Assembly: GCA_947488755.1 (NCBI GenBank)
Contig: CANLAD010000001.1
Coordinates: 198,247 to 262,246 of the forward strand
DNA: 64,000 nt
Source of the DNA: an uncultured Erythrobacter sp.
GTDB taxonomy: Bacteria > Pseudomonadota > Alphaproteobacteria > Sphingomonadales > Sphingomonadaceae
Direction of reading: 5' to 3'
This document shows, in pieces, positions 53,635-63,402 of this stretch. Position numbers and translations under genes: made by a program. The notes below the pieces were generated by a model. That model searched no databases. It had not been told where the DNA came from and worked only from the letters and a program-made list of their open reading frames with translations. Numbering within the stretch: position 1 is the first letter of the stretch; each line of letters opens with the position of its first letter.

Positions 53635-54861
53635 CTAGACCTTCAGCAGCTCGGGCAGATCGCCCGAAACGCCGCGCGCTTCATCCATAAAAAAGCCCTT
53701 TAGCGCAGGCGTGCGCTGGACTGCGGACATACCGATCCGCCGTGCTGCGGAGGCCGCCGCGCCGGGCACGCCGAACAGCCGCGTCAGCCCATCGGTTGCG
53801 AGTGCGACCATGAAGCTGTCGAGCCCGCGCCAGTTCTCATAGCGCTTGAGCAATTGCGCGTCGCCAAGGTCGAGCCCGATGCGCGCGCCGTCGGCCAGCA
53901 CTTCGACCAGCGCTCCGACATCGCGCAGGCCCAGATTGAGGCCCTGTCCAGCGATCGGGTGAATGCCGTGCGCTGCATCGCCCACCAGCGCGAGCCGCTC
54001 GCCGGTGATCTTCGCGGTGTGGTGAAAACCAAGCGGCCAGCTTGAGCGCGCGCCCACGCTCGTCACCTCGCCCAGCACATCGCCCATGCGCTTTTGCACT
54101 TCGGCAAGGAACGCGCGGTCGCCCAGCTTCATCACCGCGTTGCCGTCCTCTTCGGACACGGTCCAGACCAGCGAAGAGCGGTGCGTGCCGTCCGCGTCGT
54201 CGTCCAGCGGCAGCAGCGCGAAGGGGCCGGCGGGGTAGAAGATCTCCCATGCGACGTTGTGATGCGGTTTGGAATGGGTCAGCCCGGCGATGATCGCGCG
54301 ATGCTCGTAATCCCATTTGGCGATGGTGATCCCTGCCTCTTCCCGCGTTGGCGAGCCGCGACCCTCCGCCGCGATCATCAATCGGCCTTTCAGCTTGCGC
54401 CCATCCTCGAGTACGGCCGCGACCCCGAACTCGCTGCGCTGACGCTCGGCGATTTCCGCCTTCGCGACCCAGTTGATAAGCGGCTCTTCCGCCGCCGCTT
54501 CGAACAGAGCGAGGCGCAGGCGGCGGTTGGGGAACATCCGGCCCAGCGTGCCTTCGTCGGGGCCGGGCGTGAAATCGAGCCTGCCGGGCTTGTTCTGGTC
54601 CGTCACGGCAATGCTGGCGATGTCGCAGGCGAACGGTTCGAGCCGCTCGGCGATGCCGATATTGGTGAACAGGTGCCAGCTCGCGGTCGAGATTGCGGTC
54701 GCCCGGTCATCGAAACCCTCGCGCGTCAGTTCAGCGGGATCGGCCCGGTCGATGACGTGGCTGGACATCCCTTGCTTTGCAGCGGCAAGCGCCAGCGTCA
54801 TGCCGACCAAGCCTCCGCCAAGGATCAGCAGGTCGCGGGTTTCGGTTTGTGCATCGTTCAT
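53635..54861 (-). CDS. UbiH/UbiF/VisC/COQ6-family FAD-dependent ubiquinone biosynthesis hydroxylase
   Basis: 408 aa; contains DLLILGGGLVGMTLALA, LVGDAAHGIHPIAGQGLNLGLRD. Confidence 0.88.
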   Translation of the reverse strand: MNDAQTETRDLLILGGGLVGMTLALAAAKQGMSSHVIDRADPAELTREGFDDRATAISTASWHLFTNIGIAERLEPFACDIASIAVTDQNKPGRLDFTPGPDEGTLGRMFPNRRLRLALFEAAAEEPLINWVAKAEIAERQRSEFGVAAVLEDGRKLKGRLMIAAEGRGSPTREEAGITIAKWDYEHRAIIAGLTHSKPHHNVAWEIFYPAGPFALLPLDDDADGTHRSSLVWTVSEEDGNAVMKLGDRAFLAEVQKRMGDVLGEVTSVGARSSWPLGFHHTAKITGERLALVGDAAHGIHPIAGQGLNLGLRDVGALVEVLADGARIGLDLGDAQLLKRYENWRGLDSFMVALATDGLTRLFGVPGAAASAARRIGMSAVQRTPALKGFFMDEARGVSGDLPELLKV

Positions 54862-54953
54862 ACGTATTTCTGTAACCCTTCAAGCACTCTTGGCCGAACC
54901 CCATATGCGCGGCTAGGTCCGCTCCTACTTTGACACAGCGACAAGAGGCAAGA

Positions 54954-57008
54954 TTGTTCGCCGCACCCCGCATTGCACCTGCTGCATGGCTAAAGGCGCT
55001 GTTTTGCGCTTTGGCTGTCGTCGTGCTCTCTGGAGAGGTGCTCGCGCAGGACCGTGAGCCACGCGTCGGCGACGATAATATCTCGGTCGATCTCTACGCC
55101 GATGGCGAGCCGCGCGCGGGCGAGATCTGGATGCTGGCGCTCAGGTTCAGGCCGAGTGGGCCGGAGTGGCACGGATACTGGTCGAACCCCGGCGATGCGG
55201 GGCTGGGCATGCAGCTGGAGCTTGATCTGCCCGAAGGCTGGCGGGCGGGTGAGCCGCTCTATCCGGTGCCCGAAAGGCTGACCATCGCCGGGCTGATGAA
55301 CCACATTTATGAGGGCGAATATGCGGTGTTGGTGCCGGTTCGCGTTCCCGATGGTGCGGCTACCGATGGCCTACTGCAGGTCACGGGCTTCGTCGAATAT
55401 CTCGCCTGCACCGACGAAATCTGCGTGCCGCAGGATGCGGCCTTGCGCTCCCGAACGGGCGGCGGTTTCACGCGCTGGCGGGCCGAGGTCGCGCCGCTGC
55501 TCGATGCGAGTGGAGCCTTTGCTGTTTCGCAGGAGACGCTGAGGCTCTCCGTGCCGCTGCCGGAAAGCGTGGAGCTGGATGATCCGCACGCCTTTATCGG
55601 CACCACCGATCTGGTCGATTATGCTGCGCCGCAGACCTTCCGGCGCAGCGGTGACCGGCTCATCGCCGAAATCTCGCTAGACGAATTCGGGATGGGTCGG
55701 GCGGAGGAGGTGACGGGCATTCTCGCCTTCGACGATGAGATCGGGGTCCGGTTCGAAGCGGTGCGCGGCGATGTCCCAGCGGGCGGTGAGATTATCGCCG
55801 GGCCGGTCGGCGCGCGCACACCGCCATTATGGACGCTGGTGCTCGGTGCGCTGGTCGGCGGGCTGATCCTGAACATCATGCCCTGCGTCTTCCCGATCCT
55901 CAGTCTCAAGGCGCTGTCGCTGGTGGGCGCCGGTGGCGGGGAGGGCGAGGCGCGCCGTGAGGGATTAGCCTACACCGCGGGGGTCGTGTTGGCCTGCGTC
56001 ACGCTCGGCGCAATCATGCTGGCTCTGCGCGCAGCGGGGGAGCAGGTAGGCTGGGCGTTTCAGTTGCAGGAACCGGGCGTGGTGGTCGCCCTGTTGGTGC
56101 TGGCGAGCGTTATCACGGCAAACCTTGCAGGCGTGTTCGAACTCCCCGGCGTCAGCACTGGCGCAGGATCGCAGCGCGGCGCGTTCGCGACCGGCCTGCT
56201 CGCCGCCGTAGCTGCGACGCCCTGCACAGGGCCGTTCATGGCAGCGGCTCTCGGAGCGGCTTTGTTGCTGCCAACCGCGCAGGCCCTGCTCCTGTTTGCG
56301 CTGCTTGGGCTGGGGCTGGCGCTGCCATTCCTCGCGATCGGCTTCGTGCCCGCGCTGCGGCGAATGCTGCCCAAGCCCGGCCCGTGGATGGAGCGGTTTC
56401 GCCGGGCGATGTCGATCCCGATGGGGCTGACCGCGCTCGCGCTCGTCTGGTTGACCGTCCAGCTCGGCGGACGCGGGTTCGCGATGTTCGCGCTGGTCGT
56501 CGTGTTCGGTGTGGTCCTCGCGCTCGCCGTGGTGGGACGATTGCAGCGGGGCGGAAAGATGGCGTGGCCCGCCTTCGGCCTCGTCGCCGCGCCGTTCCTG
56601 GTGTTTGGCGCTTTTGCCTTGCCGTCGAGCTATGCTGCGCCGGTCGGCGATGCGCGTGAAAGCCCGCTTGATCCGCGCCCGTTCAGCCGAGAGGCTCTGG
56701 CTGAGGCGCGGGCGACTGGTCAGCCGGTGTTCGTTTGGTTCACCGCCGACTGGTGTGTCACCTGCAAGGTCAATGAAGGCGTCGCGATCGAGCGGGAGAC
56801 GACCGCGCGCGCCTTCGAGGAGGCGGGGGTCATCTCGCTCGTCGGTGACTGGACCGCGCGCGATGCGGAGATTGCCGGGTTCCTCGCGGATCAGGGCGCG
56901 GCGGGCGTGCCGCTGTATCTGTGGTATGAACCGGGCGGTGAGGGTGAAACCCTGCCGCAAGTGCTCACCCCCGACATGTTGACGCAGCGCGCCGCACGCG
57001 CCCGCTAA
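54954..57008 (+). CDS. DsbD-family thiol:disulfide interchange (protein-disulfide reductase) membrane protein
   Basis: The ORF track starts at TTG 54930. I prefer the in-frame TTG 54954, which has SD AGAGG 5 nt upstream and begins directly at the signal peptide (AAWLKALFCALAVVVLSGEVLAQ). The central TM core contains MPCVFPILSLK and ATPCTGPFM. The C-terminal thioredoxin motif is WCVTCKVNE. Confidence 0.85.
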   Translation: MFAAPRIAPAAWLKALFCALAVVVLSGEVLAQDREPRVGDDNISVDLYADGEPRAGEIWMLALRFRPSGPEWHGYWSNPGDAGLGMQLELDLPEGWRAGEPLYPVPERLTIAGLMNHIYEGEYAVLVPVRVPDGAATDGLLQVTGFVEYLACTDEICVPQDAALRSRTGGGFTRWRAEVAPLLDASGAFAVSQETLRLSVPLPESVELDDPHAFIGTTDLVDYAAPQTFRRSGDRLIAEISLDEFGMGRAEEVTGILAFDDEIGVRFEAVRGDVPAGGEIIAGPVGARTPPLWTLVLGALVGGLILNIMPCVFPILSLKALSLVGAGGGEGEARREGLAYTAGVVLACVTLGAIMLALRAAGEQVGWAFQLQEPGVVVALLVLASVITANLAGVFELPGVSTGAGSQRGAFATGLLAAVAATPCTGPFMAAALGAALLLPTAQALLLFALLGLGLALPFLAIGFVPALRRMLPKPGPWMERFRRAMSIPMGLTALALVWLTVQLGGRGFAMFALVVVFGVVLALAVVGRLQRGGKMAWPAFGLVAAPFLVFGAFALPSSYAAPVGDARESPLDPRPFSREALAEARATGQPVFVWFTADWCVTCKVNEGVAIERETTARAFEEAGVISLVGDWTARDAEIAGFLADQGAAGVPLYLWYEPGGEGETLPQVLTPDMLTQRAARAR

Positions 57009-57559
57009 CCCGAGCGGCAGGCGGCGATCAGCTCGCCCGGAAGCGGGCTTGGACCAAGCGATACCTTTCCCGCGCCCGGCACCGTCGCGGTTAGCCCGCG
57101 TGGTCCGGCAAGCGGTTCCCAGAACTCCGCATCGGCGCCGTGCGTGCCCTGCCAAGCAAGCCTTTCAGCCACGATTTCCGCATCGACCGGAAGGCGGCTC
57201 ATGTAGCCATTGCCGATCAGAGCCATCAGCGCCTCGGCTCCCTCGTCGGCCAATGCAAAGCGCGTGATGCGAAGGGAGTGCGGCTCCGCATCCTCCCGCA
57301 CGCATTCAAGCGCAATCAGCGCCGCCTCGCCCGGCACGCCGTACACAATCCGCTCGCCGTCCGAACTTGAGGCCCAGACCGCGTCGGTCGTATCTGGCGA
57401 AGCCAATGGCGTGGACGCGAAAACCGGCTCGGGTTCGGAGGTCGCACGGTTGATCTCCGCATCCGACGGTGGCGGTTTGCAGGCCGCGCAGAGCAAAACC
57501 AGCGCCATGGCGCCGAACAGATATTGCTTTCGTTCAGGCATAAAGGGCCGGTCGGCCAT
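57005..57559 (-). CDS. hypothetical lipoprotein
   Basis: 184 aa. Lipobox LVLLCAAC. No recognisable family. Its 3' end overlaps the convergent dsbD-like stop by 4 nt. The start could instead be ATG 57541. Confidence 0.55.
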   Translation of the reverse strand: MADRPFMPERKQYLFGAMALVLLCAACKPPPSDAEINRATSEPEPVFASTPLASPDTTDAVWASSSDGERIVYGVPGEAALIALECVREDAEPHSLRITRFALADEGAEALMALIGNGYMSRLPVDAEIVAERLAWQGTHGADAEFWEPLAGPRGLTATVPGAGKVSLGPSPLPGELIAACRSG

Positions 57560-57705
57560 ACCGATCTGTCGCCATTAAGTCAGGTCTTGAACACACGGCC
57601 AAATCCGTAGGCGACGCGCCGCGACCGGATCAAGCGCGAAGGGCTACGCGATCGTGGTCACGGCCACTTACCGGTGCGCGGGCGACAGAAATCTACACCG
57701 CGCAT

Positions 57706-57738
57706 CGAAAAGGGCAGCCGAACCAGGTCCGGCTGCCC
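57706..57738 (-). terminator. rho-independent terminator after the acidic mini-protein gene
   Basis: On the minus strand, GGGCAGCCG-gacctggtt-CGGCTGCCC (perfect 9-bp stem) is followed by TTTTC. Confidence 0.6.
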
Positions 57739-57769
57739 TTGTGGTTCAGCTCATCGAGCCGACGTTCGA

Positions 57770-58024
57770 TCAATCGTCGCCGGGCTCGTAATCGTCGCTG
57801 TCATCATCGTCGCTATCGGTGTCGTCATCGTCGGAATCATCGCCGTCGCTGTCGTCATCGGTGTCCATGTCCTCGGGCTCGGCGCCTTCGTCCTCGGTTT
57901 CCGTCTCTTCCTCCTCTTCCTCGTAAGGCTGGACGGCAGCGTCTTCGGCTTCGGCAGCGAGCGCGGCACCGGGAAGGGCGATTGCGAGCGGAGCTGCGAT
58001 GAGTGCGGTAAGGGTGGTTTTCAT
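57770..58024 (-). CDS. secreted poly-acidic small protein (hypothetical)
   Basis: 84 aa. Signal peptide MKTTLTALIAAPLAIALPGAALA. The mature part of about 61 residues is about 60 percent Asp/Glu by my count and has no Lys, Arg or His (…YEEEEEETETEDEG…DDDSDGDDSDDDDTDSDDDDSDDYEPGDD). A terminator follows immediately downstream. Confidence 0.6.
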   Translation of the reverse strand: MKTTLTALIAAPLAIALPGAALAAEAEDAAVQPYEEEEEETETEDEGAEPEDMDTDDDSDGDDSDDDDTDSDDDDSDDYEPGDD

Positions 58025-58133
58025 GTGTTGTCTCCAAGAGGGCTACGTCAGCGTGCGTCCATACCCATATCGCACAGCTTTTTCCGTGTGTTTCAATGAT
58101 ATCGACCGACCGTGGCCTTAACGCGACGCGGCG

Positions 58134-60329
58134 CTACGGCTTCCCGCCCATCTTCTTGTATCGCGTCTTGCCATAGCGCGTCTTGCGCGTGCCCGGCTTG
58201 CCCTCGTTGGAGCGACCGACGCGCGGCGCTTTCTTCTGCTCGTCGGGCAGGCCGAGTTCGTCGTTCTCCAGCCGCCGGATTTCGTCGCGCAAGCGGCCTG
58301 CCTCCTCGAATTCGAGGTTCGCGGCGGCATCGCGCATGCGCTTTTCCAGATCCTCGATATAGCCGCGCAGATTATGCCCGACGAGATTGTTGACCTCCTC
58401 ATCGCCGGTATCGACAGTGACCCCGTCCTGAGACGCGGTGTGCGCGACGATATCGGCGATATCGCGCTTGATGGTGGTCGGCGTGATACCGTGCTCTTCG
58501 TTGAAGGCCTTCTGCTTTTCCCGCCGACGATCGGTCTCCGCCATCGCGCGTTCCATGCTGCCGGTCACCCGATCGGCATACAGGATCACCCGGCCATCGA
58601 CATTGCGCGCGGCGCGGCCGATCGTCTGCACCAGCGAGGTTTCCGAGCGCAGAAAGCCTTCCTTGTCCGCATCGAGAATGCACACCAGCCCGCATTCGGG
58701 AATGTCGAGCCCCTCGCGTAGCAAATTGATGCCGACCAGCACATCGTACACGCCCATGCGCAGGTCGCGGATCAGTTCGATGCGCTCCAGCGTCTCGACG
58801 TCGGAGTGCATGTAGCGAACCCTCACGCCCGCTTCGTGCATGAATTCGGTCAGGTCTTCCGCCATCCGCTTGGTCAGGGTCGTGACGAGCGTTCGATAGC
58901 CGTTCTGCGCGGTCTTCTTGCACTCTTCGATACAGTCCTGAACCTGATCCTCGACCGGGCGGATATCGACTGGTGGGTCGATCAGCCCGGTGGGGCGGAT
59001 CACCTGTTCGGCGAACACACCGCCGGTCTGCTCCATCTCCCAAGAACCGGGCGTCGCCGAAACGCAGAACGTCTGCGGGCGCATCGCGTCCCACTCGTTG
59101 AAGCGCAAAGGGCGGTTGTCGATGCAGGACGGAAGGCGAAAGCCGTATTCGGCCAGCGTAATCTTCCGCCGATGGTCCCCGCGGGCCATCGCGCCGATCT
59201 GTGGCACGGTCTGGTGGCTTTCATCGACAAAGAGCAGCGCGTTTTCGGGCAAATATTCGAACAGGGTCGGCGGCGGTTCGCCCGGCAGGCGTCCGGTCAG
59301 GAAGCGCGAATAGTTCTCGATCCCGTTGCACGAGCCGGTCGCCGCGATCATTTCCAGATCGAAATGCGTGCGCTGTTCCAGACGCTGGTGTTCGAGCAGC
59401 TTGCCCTCTTCTTCCAGCTCCTTGAGCCGTTCGGCCAGCTCGAACTTTATCGCTTCCGCCGCCTGTTTCATGGTCGGGCCGGGCGTCACATAGTGCGAAT
59501 TCGCATACACGCGCACCTTCTCAAGCACGGCGCCCTTCTTGCCGGTGAGTGGATCGAATTCGGCAATCTCCTCGATCTCGTCGCCAAAGAAGCTGATCCG
59601 CCAAGCCATGTCCTCATAGTGCGAGGGGAACAGCTCCAGATTATCGCCGCGCACCCGGAAGCACCCTCTGGTGAAAGCGGCGTCGTTACGTTTGTACTGA
59701 AGGGCTACCAGCTTGCGGATCAGCTCGCGCTGGTCGACCGACTCATCCTTCTTGATGTCGAAGATCATGGCCGAATATGTCTCGACCGAACCGATGCCGT
59801 AGAGGCAGGAAACCGACGCCACGATCACCACATCGTCTCGTTCGAGCAGGGCGCGCGTGGCCGAATGGCGCATCCGGTCGATCGCCTCGTTCACGCTCGA
59901 TTCCTTCTCGATATAGGTGTCCGAGCGCGGGACGTAAGCTTCGGGCTGGTAATAGTCGTAATAGCTGACGAAATACTCGACCGCGTTTTCCGGGAAGAAG
60001 CTTTTCATCTCGCCGTAAAGCTGCGCGGCGAGGATCTTGTTCGGCGCGAGGATCAGGGCGGGGCGCTGCAATTCCTCGATCACCTTGGCCATCGTGAAGG
60101 TCTTGCCCGATCCCGTCACGCCCAGCAGCGTCTGGGTCTGGTCGCCCGCTCGCGTGCCCTCGACCAGTTCGCGGATCGCGGTGGGCTGATCGCCCGCCGG
60201 TTCATAATCCGAGACCAGCTTGAACTTCTTGCCCGGCATCGACTTTTCCGGGCGATTGGGGCGGTGCGGAGTGAATTCCTCCCCGGTTTCGGGTTCGGCA
60301 AGACCGCGGCGGATGACGAGCTGGGACAT
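58134..60329 (-). CDS. uvrB: excinuclease ABC subunit B
   Basis: 731 aa from [14 protein letters not shown] (ATG 60329). Contains Walker [13 protein letters not shown], helicase motifs, and the C-terminal UVR domain [17 protein letters not shown]. The 839-aa ORF-track version adds a non-homologous extension. Confidence 0.97.
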   Translation of the reverse strand: MSQLVIRRGLAEPETGEEFTPHRPNRPEKSMPGKKFKLVSDYEPAGDQPTAIRELVEGTRAGDQTQTLLGVTGSGKTFTMAKVIEELQRPALILAPNKILAAQLYGEMKSFFPENAVEYFVSYYDYYQPEAYVPRSDTYIEKESSVNEAIDRMRHSATRALLERDDVVIVASVSCLYGIGSVETYSAMIFDIKKDESVDQRELIRKLVALQYKRNDAAFTRGCFRVRGDNLELFPSHYEDMAWRISFFGDEIEEIAEFDPLTGKKGAVLEKVRVYANSHYVTPGPTMKQAAEAIKFELAERLKELEEEGKLLEHQRLEQRTHFDLEMIAATGSCNGIENYSRFLTGRLPGEPPPTLFEYLPENALLFVDESHQTVPQIGAMARGDHRRKITLAEYGFRLPSCIDNRPLRFNEWDAMRPQTFCVSATPGSWEMEQTGGVFAEQVIRPTGLIDPPVDIRPVEDQVQDCIEECKKTAQNGYRTLVTTLTKRMAEDLTEFMHEAGVRVRYMHSDVETLERIELIRDLRMGVYDVLVGINLLREGLDIPECGLVCILDADKEGFLRSETSLVQTIGRAARNVDGRVILYADRVTGSMERAMAETDRRREKQKAFNEEHGITPTTIKRDIADIVAHTASQDGVTVDTGDEEVNNLVGHNLRGYIEDLEKRMRDAAANLEFEEAGRLRDEIRRLENDELGLPDEQKKAPRVGRSNEGKPGTRKTRYGKTRYKKMGGKP

Positions 60330-60408
60330 GGGGGGAATATGTGGGCAGGCTCGCGGCTTGTGAAGTAGCGGACCTGGCTCTAGCGTGGGCGCCTGATTGG
60401 AGAACGAC

Positions 60409-60951
60409 ATGAAAAACGCATTTCTGCCTGCCCTCGCTGCCCTGTCCCTTGTTGCCTGCGGCGGCGGAACCGATGCCGACACAGACGGCGACGGCGAAGT
60501 AACAGCCGATGAGGCGCAGGCCCTGGCTGAGCGGTCGGGCGATGCGATCAAGCCGGAGCCGGGCAAATACCGCGCCACCATGACTTTCGTGAACGCCGAC
60601 ATACCCGGCGCTCCGCCCGAAATGGCCGAGATGATGGGCAACCAGATGACCAACAGCTACGAATTCTGCATGACGCCCGAAATGGCCGATCAGGGCTTTG
60701 GCGAGGCGATGCAGGGCAATGATGCCGACAATTGCACGATCGGCCAGTTCAGCATCGACGGCAACCAGATGGACATGGCCATGACCTGCGACGATCCCAA
60801 TGCCGGACAGATGGAAATGACGATGAGCGGCACGGTCTCGCCGACCGAATCCGACATTACGATGGTTTCAAAAGGCGTGTTCGGCGAAATGGGCGATGCC
60901 GAGATCGAAATGAAGGTGAAGCAGGAACGCATCGGGGAATGCGATAGCTGA
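60409..60951 (+). CDS. DUF3617-like methionine-rich lipoprotein
   Basis: 180 aa from ATG 60409, with SD GGAGA. Lipobox LSLVAC. The mature part has 17 Met and 4 Cys by my count (…[12 protein letters not shown]…[10 protein letters not shown]…GQMEMTMSG…). Confidence 0.65.
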   Translation: MKNAFLPALAALSLVACGGGTDADTDGDGEVTADEAQALAERSGDAIKPEPGKYRATMTFVNADIPGAPPEMAEMMGNQMTNSYEFCMTPEMADQGFGEAMQGNDADNCTIGQFSIDGNQMDMAMTCDDPNAGQMEMTMSGTVSPTESDITMVSKGVFGEMGDAEIEMKVKQERIGECDS

Positions 60952-60976
60952 GCCGTCGCGCAACTTAGACGACAAT

Positions 60977-61014
60977 GGGGCGGGGCGCGTCAGGCGTTGC
61001 CGCCCCTCTTCTTT
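60977..61014 (+). terminator. rho-independent terminator after the DUF3617-like gene
   Basis: GGGGCGG-loop-CCGCCCC (7-bp stem) is followed by the T-rich TCTTCTTT. Confidence 0.5.
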
Positions 61015-61086
61015 GCGACGCGGCGCGTTGCGGAAACCTTAGCTTTCACCGGTCATTCATAGGTCAGGACATAAAAGCCGCAACGA

Positions 61087-61860
61087 ATGCCATCCAGACT
61101 TTCCCTTCCCGACCTTACCATGCCTTCGCTCGGCGAAACCGAGCTGGCTCGCCGCATCCAGCTCGCGAGCGAGCCGGAACCCGAGCAGGTCTCTCGCCCG
61201 CGTTTCTGGCGCGTGGTTGGGGAGTTTCAGTATCTTCTCGAACCGTTCCGCCGACTGTTTCGCAAGGTCGATATTGCGAAATCGGACAACCCCTCGATCG
61301 TGCTGATCCTTCCCGGTTTCGCGACGAATCCCAGTAAGATGCGCTACATGGCGCGTCAGATCGAGCGCGCCGGACACAAGACGAAGCGTTGGGGTCTGGG
61401 ACGAAATTGGGGAGCGAGCGAGGACTTGCTGACTCAACTTGAAAGCCGGCTCGATGCGGTTTGCGCGCGCTACGATCAGCCGGTCGTCCTGCTGGGATGG
61501 AGCCTCGGCGGGCTGTATGCGCGTGAACTGGCCAAGCGGAAGCCGGATTGCATCAGCAAGGTCATCACGATGGGGTCGCCCTTTTCCGGCTCCCCGCGCG
61601 CCAACAATGTCTGGCGGGCCTATCAGTTCGTGACCGGGCATCGGGTCGATCAGGCGCCGATCGAAGCCGATCTGGCGCATAAGCCGCCGGTCGAAACGGT
61701 CGCTTTGTGGAGCGCAAACGACGGCGCGATCCACCCGCGCAGCGCCGCGGGTTATCCCGGAGAGCGTGACCGTGCGGTCGCGCTTCGCTGCACGCATATG
61801 GGCTTTTCCTATTCGACCGAGGCGATCGGCGCGGTTCTGGAAGAACTCGAACGCGGTTGA
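61087..61860 (+). CDS. alpha/beta-fold hydrolase (lipase/esterase-like)
   Basis: 257 aa. The nucleophile elbow is GWSLGG in VVLLGWSLGGLYARELA. ITMGSPFSG is also present. Confidence 0.75.
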   Translation: MPSRLSLPDLTMPSLGETELARRIQLASEPEPEQVSRPRFWRVVGEFQYLLEPFRRLFRKVDIAKSDNPSIVLILPGFATNPSKMRYMARQIERAGHKTKRWGLGRNWGASEDLLTQLESRLDAVCARYDQPVVLLGWSLGGLYARELAKRKPDCISKVITMGSPFSGSPRANNVWRAYQFVTGHRVDQAPIEADLAHKPPVETVALWSANDGAIHPRSAAGYPGERDRAVALRCTHMGFSYSTEAIGAVLEELERG

Positions 61861-61958
61861 TCCTTTCCTTTTTCAGGCGCACCGCTAGGGTGACTGAAAG
61901 GGACCGAAGGGGACTCAAAGAAACCTAGAGCCGCCAGCGGTGGCAGGCACGGAGATCA

Positions 61959-63386
61959 ATGGGGGACGCCCAGACCAATTTCGACGAGATGAAACATGCG
62001 GACGGAGAAATCCGCCCCGCCTACACCGATTATTGCAAATGGTATGACGAACAGGATCCCCGCTGGCTGAAGCGCAAGAATTCCGAAGCTGATGAAAGTT
62101 TCCGCCGCACCGGCATTACCTTCAACGTCTATGGCGAGGATGAGGCCGAGGAGCGGCTGATCCCGTTCGACATGGTACCGCGGGTCATCACCGCGGGGGA
62201 ATGGCGGCGCCTTACGCGTGGGATCGAGCAGCGTGTGCGCGCGCTCAATGCGTTTCTATATGATCTCTATCACCGTCAGGAGATTATCCGCGCGGGGCGG
62301 GTGCCCGAACGCCTGTTCCGCAACAATGCCGCGTGGCTGCCCAACATGGTTGGCTTTACACCGCCGGGCGGGATCTACACGCATATCTCCGGGATCGATC
62401 TGGTGCGCACGGGGCCGAACGACTTCTTCGTGCTGGAAGACAATGCGCGCACGCCATCGGGCGTTTCCTACATGCTGGAGAACCGCGAGACGATGATGGC
62501 GATGTTCCCCGACCTCTTCAGCCGGGTCGCGGTCGAAAGCGTTTCCAACTATCCGCGCCGCCTCGCCCGCAGCCTTGCCGCCTGCGCACCGCCCAAATGT
62601 GAAGGAACGCCCCGGATCGCGGTGCTGACACCGGGGATCTACAACTCGGCCTATTTCGAACATGCCTTCCTTGCCGACCAGATGGGCGCCGAGTTGGTCG
62701 AGGGGAGCGATCTGCGCGTCGTCAACGGTCGTGTGCAGATGCGCACGACCAGCGGCTATACGCCGGTCGACGTGTTGTATCGCCGGGTCGACGACGATTA
62801 TCTCGACCCGCTTACGTTCGAGCCCGACAGCGTGCTGGGCGTGCCGGGCATCATGGATGTCTATCGATCGGGCGGGATCACCATCGCCAACGCGCCGGGC
62901 ACCGGGGTTTCGGACGATAAGGCGATCTATTCCTTCATGCCCGAAATCGTGGAATTCTATACCGGCGAGAAGGCGTTGCTGCCCAATGTCGAAACCTGGC
63001 GCTGCGCGGACGAGGACAGCCTCGCCTACGTGCTCGACAACCTTGAAGAACTGGTCGTGAAGGAGGTCCACGGTTCTGGCGGCTACGGCATGCTGATCGG
63101 CCCGACCGCGACGAAGAAGGACATCCGCACCTTCCGCGCCAAGCTCGAAGCGAACCCCGAGAACTATATCGCCCAGCCCACGCTCTCGCTTTCGACCTGC
63201 CCGATCTTCACCGCGAAGGGCCTCGCCCCGCGTCATGTCGACCTGCGGCCCTTCGTACTCGCGTCGCCCAAGGGAATCGACATCACGCCCGGCGGTCTGA
63301 CCCGTGTGGCGCTGAAAAAAGGATCGCTGGTCGTCAATTCGAGCCAAGGGGGCGGCACCAAGGATACCTGGGTGCTCAAGGACTGA
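61959..63386 (+). CDS. circularly permuted type-2 ATP-grasp protein (COG2308 family)
   Basis: 475 aa; contains RTGITFNVYGE...IPFDMVPRVI, DNARTPSGVSYMLENR, and VVKEVHGSGGYGMLIGP. Confidence 0.85.
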   Translation: MGDAQTNFDEMKHADGEIRPAYTDYCKWYDEQDPRWLKRKNSEADESFRRTGITFNVYGEDEAEERLIPFDMVPRVITAGEWRRLTRGIEQRVRALNAFLYDLYHRQEIIRAGRVPERLFRNNAAWLPNMVGFTPPGGIYTHISGIDLVRTGPNDFFVLEDNARTPSGVSYMLENRETMMAMFPDLFSRVAVESVSNYPRRLARSLAACAPPKCEGTPRIAVLTPGIYNSAYFEHAFLADQMGAELVEGSDLRVVNGRVQMRTTSGYTPVDVLYRRVDDDYLDPLTFEPDSVLGVPGIMDVYRSGGITIANAPGTGVSDDKAIYSFMPEIVEFYTGEKALLPNVETWRCADEDSLAYVLDNLEELVVKEVHGSGGYGMLIGPTATKKDIRTFRAKLEANPENYIAQPTLSLSTCPIFTAKGLAPRHVDLRPFVLASPKGIDITPGGLTRVALKKGSLVVNSSQGGGTKDTWVLKD

Positions 63387-63402
63387 TGGCGGAGTTGCGC
63401 TC

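Noticed and set aside
57563-57690. 8-bp inverted repeat CTGTCGCC...GGCGACAG flanking about 105 bp, as a MITE-like element.
   Set aside because: The arms are too short. I saw no target-site duplication and no second copy in the window.
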